64,000 nucleotides of DNA. Source: Pirellulaceae bacterium (lineage in GTDB: Bacteria; Planctomycetota; Planctomycetia; Pirellulales; Pirellulaceae). The stretch is from NCBI GenBank assembly GCA_049680365.1, contig JBAUHQ010000291.1:22-64021 (forward strand), read 5' to 3'. Every line of letters begins with the position of its first letter. The first letter of the stretch is position 1. Made by a program: the position numbers and the translations under genes. Shown piece by piece: positions 58,862 through 64,000 of this stretch. The notes beneath the pieces are model-generated. The model ran no database searches. It saw nothing but the letters and a program-made list of their open reading frames with translations, and was not told where the DNA came from.

Positions 58862-60205
58862 CTACCTTGGATTGCGTGGCCGATCAAATGACTCGGCCTC
58901 TTCGTCCTTCTCGTGGTTGCTGGGCTCGTGGTTGCTGGGCTCGTGGCTGGCGGGCTCCCGATGGTTGGGCTTGCTGCCGTCGGGCTCGCTGTCGTCGTCT
59001 TCAAAGACAGCGGATTCTTCCTCACGACTTCGTTGCAACGGACACAGACAGCAGACAAAGAACGAAAAGGTTGCTGGTCCTGGGAAGGTCTCTAAAACGG
59101 TATCTTCAAAAATACCGCTGATCAAGATGAATACTGCTAGCGCGCTAACTGGTCGGAATTGCCCATTGATCATGACGTTGATCAGCCACAACGCCAAACA
59201 AATCATGATTCCACCGGCAAAAACGCCCGCCACCATCGCTGCGTGCAAGAACATGTTGTGAGTTGACTGCGAATATTCGATCATCAACGATTGGGCGGCA
59301 CCAAAACCGTACCCAGTGACAGGCTTTTCGCTGATCAAACGAATCGCTTCCGCCCAAATATCGACGCGGCCCGTACCCGTCGTCAATTCAGTTGTGTCAC
59401 CGGTTTTTGAAACGGATCCCGCCATCCGTGCGATGGTGTCGCCTTCGTTACCAGACGCCACCAGCAAGAAGATGACTAGCAAGCCACCGAAACAAGCAAG
59501 CAGGATCCATTGCAAACCGGCACGTGTTTTCAGTCGATCCAGAAACATCATGCCCAATGCGATCACAGTACCGATCATCACGGTTCGACTAAGCGTAAAC
59601 ACGATCGTAAGTGCAAATCCAGCGATCAACCAGAACGTAATGGGTGACGAAATTCGTCGGTCACGCCAGAGTGCGACGGAGGCGAGCAGCCCAATGGCCG
59701 CTGTTCGTCCGACGGAGTTGGGGTGAGCGTGACCACCCAGACGCTCCACCGTGACCGAACCCAGAAACTCTTGGAAGACGCCGTACTCGGGAGCAAAAAA
59801 GTAGAGCATCCATGCGAGTCCGCAAGCAGCCATTGAGCCCAAGACGATGGCATAAAAGAATGCCTTTTCCTGCAAGTAAATCAAACTGGTCGCCACGAAG
59901 ACGACGTACGAAAAATTGATCAAAGTGGCCGGCAGGGCTGAATCAGAATAGCCACTCAGCGCCGATGGAATTGCCAACAGTAACATCAAAGTCAGCAGTG
60001 ACGCTGGTATCGAAAGCAGAATTCGACGGACAGCCTCCGTCGTCAAAACGCCCCACAAGGCAACCAATCCGCAAGCCGCCGATACGCCCAGCTTTAGCAT
60101 CACCTGCCAATCCAGTCCAACCTCCATCAGTTCGTCCGACTTGCTAATGTTCATCGGGCAAATCAGCAGCGATATCGCGATCCCAGAAAACAACAATGAG
60201 CGCAC
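58862..60205 (-). CDS. O-antigen ligase / Wzy-like polymerase family membrane protein
   Basis: About 10 TM helices. TLSRTVMIGTVIALG and the large-loop region HNMFLH are Wzy_C-like. The C-terminal tail carries EPSNHEPSNHE repeats. The start could be 60154. Confidence 0.7.
   Translation of the reverse strand: MRSLLFSGIAISLLICPMNISKSDELMEVGLDWQVMLKLGVSAACGLVALWGVLTTEAVRRILLSIPASLLTLMLLLAIPSALSGYSDSALPATLINFSYVVFVATSLIYLQEKAFFYAIVLGSMAACGLAWMLYFFAPEYGVFQEFLGSVTVERLGGHAHPNSVGRTAAIGLLASVALWRDRRISSPITFWLIAGFALTIVFTLSRTVMIGTVIALGMMFLDRLKTRAGLQWILLACFGGLLVIFLLVASGNEGDTIARMAGSVSKTGDTTELTTGTGRVDIWAEAIRLISEKPVTGYGFGAAQSLMIEYSQSTHNMFLHAAMVAGVFAGGIMICLALWLINVMINGQFRPVSALAVFILISGIFEDTVLETFPGPATFSFFVCCLCPLQRSREEESAVFEDDDSEPDGSKPNHREPASHEPSNHEPSNHEKDEEAESFDRPRNPR
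58911..58955. repeat. 3 x 15-nt tandem repeat in the coding tail
   Basis: tcgtggttgctgggc occurs twice, then the degenerate tcgtggctggcgggc. This encodes the repeated EPSNH-type units on the minus strand. Confidence 0.85.
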
Positions 60206-60839
60206 CAGCGACCCTGAGGACTCGTTTGCCCTCAGGTAGTGTTCGGTCGTCTGGTCGACGGTGGTAATGGTAAGGTTCTCTCAGTGAGCGTCTGCGACAT
60301 GAGCAAATCCGACACATCTCTTTGTGCGAATCCGCTCTCATCGAAGATAGTAAGCTGCCGGGCATCCACCAAGCATTAGATTGCTCAAACAAGGTGTCGG
60401 ACCGAAAATTCAACGTCGATCTATCTGACACAACCGTTACAACCGGCCCGCGTTCTTTGGGCCGGTCAAAAACGGCCCTCGTTCCCAAGGTGATCAAGCA
60501 GCCGAAGTATTCCTTCGGAAAAATTCTGCTGCCAATTTCAGCCAGTTTGTATCAACAAATGGCCGCCCGGCAAGGCTGCTGCAACCTCGGCAAGACGCTA
60601 CCACATGGGTCTCCTGTGCCAAGCAAAAGGTTTCGTGAATTTGCGTAACAATTTGTAAATTTGTCCGCTTCTATTTTGGTCGGAACTCGGCTGAAAAACG
60701 ATGGTTAGTTCTGATAGAGAAGATCAGCAAAAGGAGTTCGCAATTTCGAGCTGCGATTCCTTTCCATTTTGCTGTGAAACGAATCGTTCGTGGAACATTG
60801 CATCATCAACTGCACAGATATTTGCCCAGGGATATAATC

Positions 60840-61205
60840 ATGGACCAGTCAACCGACAATAAGATCGCATCCACTTGCCCATCCGGTCACAAGTTGCGTG
60901 GCAACGTTTCGCTGAGTGGTGAAAAGGTAATCTGCCCACGCTGCAAACAGGTTTTTATATTTGGCGTCAGTGAGTCACGCACGCCAACATCGGTTAGCGA
61001 CACTGGCGTGATGCGGATTCTGGGAGACATTCCAAAAACAAGCCAACTGGGTTTTGCCGAAGCACCCGCGACAAAACCTTGTGGGCGATGCGGTGTCGCG
61101 ATCGATGCGACGGCCCCCGTGTGCAAACACTGCAACTCTTACGTCGGCGTTATGCCAGAGTTCATGCGGTCAGTGCTAGGCACGGACAGCATCTCGCAAA
61201 ACTAA
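60840..61205 (+). CDS. Small double zinc-ribbon protein (hypothetical)
   Basis: 121 aa. CPSGH...CPRC and CGRC...CKHC provide two Cys4/Cys3His-type knuckle pairs. Confidence 0.5.
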   Translation: MDQSTDNKIASTCPSGHKLRGNVSLSGEKVICPRCKQVFIFGVSESRTPTSVSDTGVMRILGDIPKTSQLGFAEAPATKPCGRCGVAIDATAPVCKHCNSYVGVMPEFMRSVLGTDSISQN

Positions 61206-61282
61206 CGCTGACGATCGCGTTGATGCCTTTCAAGCTCACGAAATCAAAAGCCTTGCTGGATATCCGCTTCATCTTCTATTTG

Positions 61283-61690
61283 TCACTCGTTTTGCTTTCC
61301 GATTTTGCCTTCGACCTTTCGAGCCAGTCGCGCCGCTTCGATCACACGTAACTTGTGCGTGCCCACGGCAATTTTTTCGTGCTCGTCGTGAGCTTCAAAA
61401 TGAAACGAAATCACCGGGCCGTCTGTGTAAATCACTCGTGCACGGCAGACGACGCTTGCTCCAGGCGGCGTCGGTGCCAAGTGCTCGACGTTGATCACGA
61501 CGCCAACCGTGCTTTCGCCCGGTTCAAGCAGCGGTAGCATGGCGTTCCGCGCGGCGTGCTCAAGAAACCAAATGAGCCAAGGCGTACACAGAATCTTCGG
61601 CATTCCGTGATGAGCAAAGTCAATCAAGTGTTGCTCACTGACGATGAAGCGTTCTTCGCCAACGGTGCCAATTTTTACGATGTCTTTCAT
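61283..61690 (-). CDS. Hotdog-fold thioesterase (fluoroacetyl-CoA thioesterase-like)
   Basis: 135 aa. The VGEERFIVSEQHLIDF...TPWLIWFLEHAA...GVVINVEHLAPTP pattern resembles the thioesterase superfamily. Confidence 0.65.
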   Translation of the reverse strand: MKDIVKIGTVGEERFIVSEQHLIDFAHHGMPKILCTPWLIWFLEHAARNAMLPLLEPGESTVGVVINVEHLAPTPPGASVVCRARVIYTDGPVISFHFEAHDEHEKIAVGTHKLRVIEAARLARKVEGKIGKQNE

Positions 61691-61751
61691 GCGGGGTTCT
61701 GCGTCAATGGATTTTCGATTTCGACTTGGTGGGAAGTTGGTTTGGTTATCG

Positions 61752-63290
61752 TTATTGTCCCGCACCGATGGCCTCACGAGCCTCTGCCGGAGAGCCAAGT
61801 CGTTTGTCCAATAAATCGCATGCATCGCGACGCAGTCCGCGATCGACCGCCATCACTTTATCAATGACTAGATGCTCGTCGCTGTCGATTTTGTATTTTG
61901 GCCAATTCTGTATGCCCGCTACGTTTGGATCGCCAGTCTTGGCAAATTGAATCCAGTACCGAATCATGGCGTCCGCGATCTTTTTATCTCCGTCTTTCAA
62001 CTGATCGTCTTCCAGGGTGTTAAATACGTAGCCGATTTCGGCAGCGTGGGCTGCTCCTAGCCATGGCCAGGCGGGACTGGTGCGAGTGAAGTGATACATC
62101 CAAGTGTCGTTGCCTTGACGCTGCATGCTCCGAAGATATCGCCGCGTCGGCCCGACAAACCACGAATCAGTGATTTGCTGAACGGCCGCCTTACGAATCG
62201 AGTCCTTGTTAGTGACGGGGTACATTTTCATCATCGCTTCAAAGTCATCGCCGTATTTGTCTTCCATTTCAGCAAGATAGAGTTCGACGGAAGGGTACGG
62301 CTTGGCGGCAACGAACATCGTTCCCTCATCTCGGTTCGTACCTGCGACCGTGGGCACGCGATTTTGTTTTCCATTGGCATAGATTGAATGCGGCGACTGA
62401 GGAAACATCCAGCCGTCGGTGGCGACTGGCAATCGTTGTTTCATCTTCAGGACTTGCTGGGTTGTTAATGCTCGCATCGCTGCCAACTGATCGGTGATTT
62501 CTTCGGCTATCACCTTTTCGACTTCAGACTCACCCAGTTGCAATGCTGCATCAAGATCCGCGACGACCGAATCGGAAAGCCACGGACTTTGCAGAATGGC
62601 TCGGTGGAACAGTCCACTCGCCAGAGGCGATGCCGTCAGCAGATAGACGCTTGTTCCACCGGCGGACTCGCCGAAAATCGTCACGTTGTCGGTGTCACCG
62701 CCAAAGGATGCAATATTTTTCTGCACCCATCGTAGCGCCGCGATTTGGTCAAGGATGCCGTAGTTGCCCGAGACGCCCTGTTCAGATTCTTTCGAAAGCA
62801 ACGGATGGGCCAAAAAACCGAACGCTCCAAGACGATAGTTGATCGAAACCAAGACAATTCCGCGTTGGGCAATCTTGTCTCCCATGTAGGCCGCTTCGTG
62901 TGCGGAACCCTGTGTGAAACCGCCGCCGTGAATCCAAACCATCACCGGTAGTTTGTCGGTGTCGGTCTTTGCCGGAGTCCAGACGTTTAAGTAGAGGCAG
63001 TCTTCATTGAACGGCCCTTCTCGTACGAGGCGACCATTCTGCGGGCATTTGTTCCAAAACCTGTCACATGCCCGAACGCCTTCCCAGGCTGTATGCATCG
63101 CCGGTGGCTTCCAGCGAAGTTCGCCAACAGGTGGCGCCGCATAGGGAATCCCTTTAAAGACGCGTACCGAATCGCTGACACTGGATTTCGCACCAGACAC
63201 GAGCCCCGATTCTGTCTGGATCGGTTCGTTAGAGAACGACGAAACGGACCCGGCCAAGAAAATCGCGATTACAAAATGCGTTCTTATCAC
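61752..63290 (-). CDS. Type-B carboxylesterase/lipase
   Basis: Signal peptide. VFKGIPYAAPP, EDCLYLNVW, WIHGGGF and the nucleophile elbow FGESAGG. Confidence 0.9.
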   Translation of the reverse strand: MIRTHFVIAIFLAGSVSSFSNEPIQTESGLVSGAKSSVSDSVRVFKGIPYAAPPVGELRWKPPAMHTAWEGVRACDRFWNKCPQNGRLVREGPFNEDCLYLNVWTPAKTDTDKLPVMVWIHGGGFTQGSAHEAAYMGDKIAQRGIVLVSINYRLGAFGFLAHPLLSKESEQGVSGNYGILDQIAALRWVQKNIASFGGDTDNVTIFGESAGGTSVYLLTASPLASGLFHRAILQSPWLSDSVVADLDAALQLGESEVEKVIAEEITDQLAAMRALTTQQVLKMKQRLPVATDGWMFPQSPHSIYANGKQNRVPTVAGTNRDEGTMFVAAKPYPSVELYLAEMEDKYGDDFEAMMKMYPVTNKDSIRKAAVQQITDSWFVGPTRRYLRSMQRQGNDTWMYHFTRTSPAWPWLGAAHAAEIGYVFNTLEDDQLKDGDKKIADAMIRYWIQFAKTGDPNVAGIQNWPKYKIDSDEHLVIDKVMAVDRGLRRDACDLLDKRLGSPAEAREAIGAGQ

Positions 63291-63521
63291 AGTGCAGCTT
63301 TATTATGAGGGAGTTTCAATGTCTGACGCAGTTCTCCAAGAGATACAACGCGTGTCTTTGTGGGAGCTTCTCGGGACGTCAAATGTTACAATCGAAGCCC
63401 TCCACTTGATGTTTGGACGCGAAGTCCCATTTTATCACGGCGTTGGTAGAAATACGAAAATTCAAGAGGTCAGCCAATCTTGCCGCTTTGGAGAAGCTTA
63501 ACCGTGCACAATCGATACCGA

Positions 63522-64000
63522 ATGATCTTTCGTGGATTTCTGCTTTCGTTGATCACCTTTGCAGTTGCCGGGGAGCTCAAGGCAGCGGACACCACTCCAT
63601 CGAAACCGAACGTGGTCTTGATTTTCGTCGATGATATGGGGTACGGCGATCTCGGGTGCTATGGCAACGCGGAGATCAAGACGCCCAACATTGACCAGCT
63701 TGCTGCAGACGGTCAACGGTGGACCAGCTTTTACGCGTCAGGATCCACGTGCGTTCCTAGCCGTACTGGCCTGATGAGCGGTCGTCACCCATCGCTGCTG
63801 GGACAGCAAAGGCTGCGGCAGTCACCGAATAACCTGATGCCGATGATGTTCAAGAAGCAGGGATACGCCACGGCAATTCTCGGTAAATGGCATCTCGCTG
63901 GTTACCCCAAGGAATTCACCAAGGACGCGATGCATCCGCTTGAGTGCGGTTTTGACTACCACTTTGGCACACCGGGCAGCAATGATGTGCCGGCACCGAA
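63522..64000 (+). CDS. Sulfatase (arylsulfatase-like), 5' part, running off the window end
   Basis: My own translation gives MIFRGFLLSLITFAVAG...KPNVVLIFVDDMGYGDLGCYG...CVPSRTGLMSGR...GKWHLAG. It is absent from the ORF track because no stop lies in the window. An alternative GTG start is at 63504. Confidence 0.85.
   Translation, partial: MIFRGFLLSLITFAVAGELKAADTTPSKPNVVLIFVDDMGYGDLGCYGNAEIKTPNIDQLAADGQRWTSFYASGSTCVPSRTGLMSGRHPSLLGQQRLRQSPNNLMPMMFKKQGYATAILGKWHLAGYPKEFTKDAMHPLECGFDYHFGTPGSNDVPAP

Noticed and set aside
60144-60648. ORFs of 117 aa (-) and 108 aa (+) in the 634-nt region upstream of the O-antigen-ligase-like gene
   Set aside because: No motifs or signal features are present and the two ORFs overlap each other. 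I treat the region as non-coding, although a small gene cannot be excluded.
63292-63501. 69-aa ORF between the carboxylesterase and the last sulfatase
   Set aside because: It lies in a divergent promoter region with no motif or ribosome-binding context that I could see.

Overview
The window looks like an ordinary chromosomal segment of a Planctomycetota (Pirellulales / Rhodopirellula-like) genome. That assignment is an inference from gene content. It rests on paired DUF1552 + DUF1592-type and DUF1501 + DUF1549/DUF1553 genes, a DUF1559 pseudopilin-like gene, three formylglycine-type sulfatases, Tat-signal Gfo/Idh/MocA oxidoreductases and an HTTM protein. I support about 50 protein-coding genes, one tRNA-His(GTG), a degraded IS66-family transposase fragment, three intrinsic terminators and several short repeats. 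Housekeeping genes include uvrA-uvrC, ligA, plsC, ugd, a DAACS transporter and two tandem Cys/Met PLP enzymes. Two polysaccharide-type modules are present, at 24.5-34.3 kb and 55.1-60.2 kb. I found no CRISPR array, prophage or recognisable defence system. The most interesting observations are: (1) an exported thioredoxin-fold gene interrupted by a single in-frame TGA at the position where the CxxC nucleophile would align, followed by a SECIS-like hairpin with a GGUCU loop, so it is either a candidate selenoprotein or a pseudogene; (2) a specialised NusG paralog embedded in the polysaccharide locus; (3) a 22-bp interrupted inverted repeat inside an unusually long 357-nt intercistronic gap; (4) a translationally coupled operon of a membrane protein, DUF2306, DUF1559 and DUF3445; (5) a DTW-domain protein with an extra C-terminal domain; (6) a Gly/Arg-rich low-complexity insert in an exported beta-propeller. 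All family calls come from motif recognition by eye, with no database search, and start codons are approximate.
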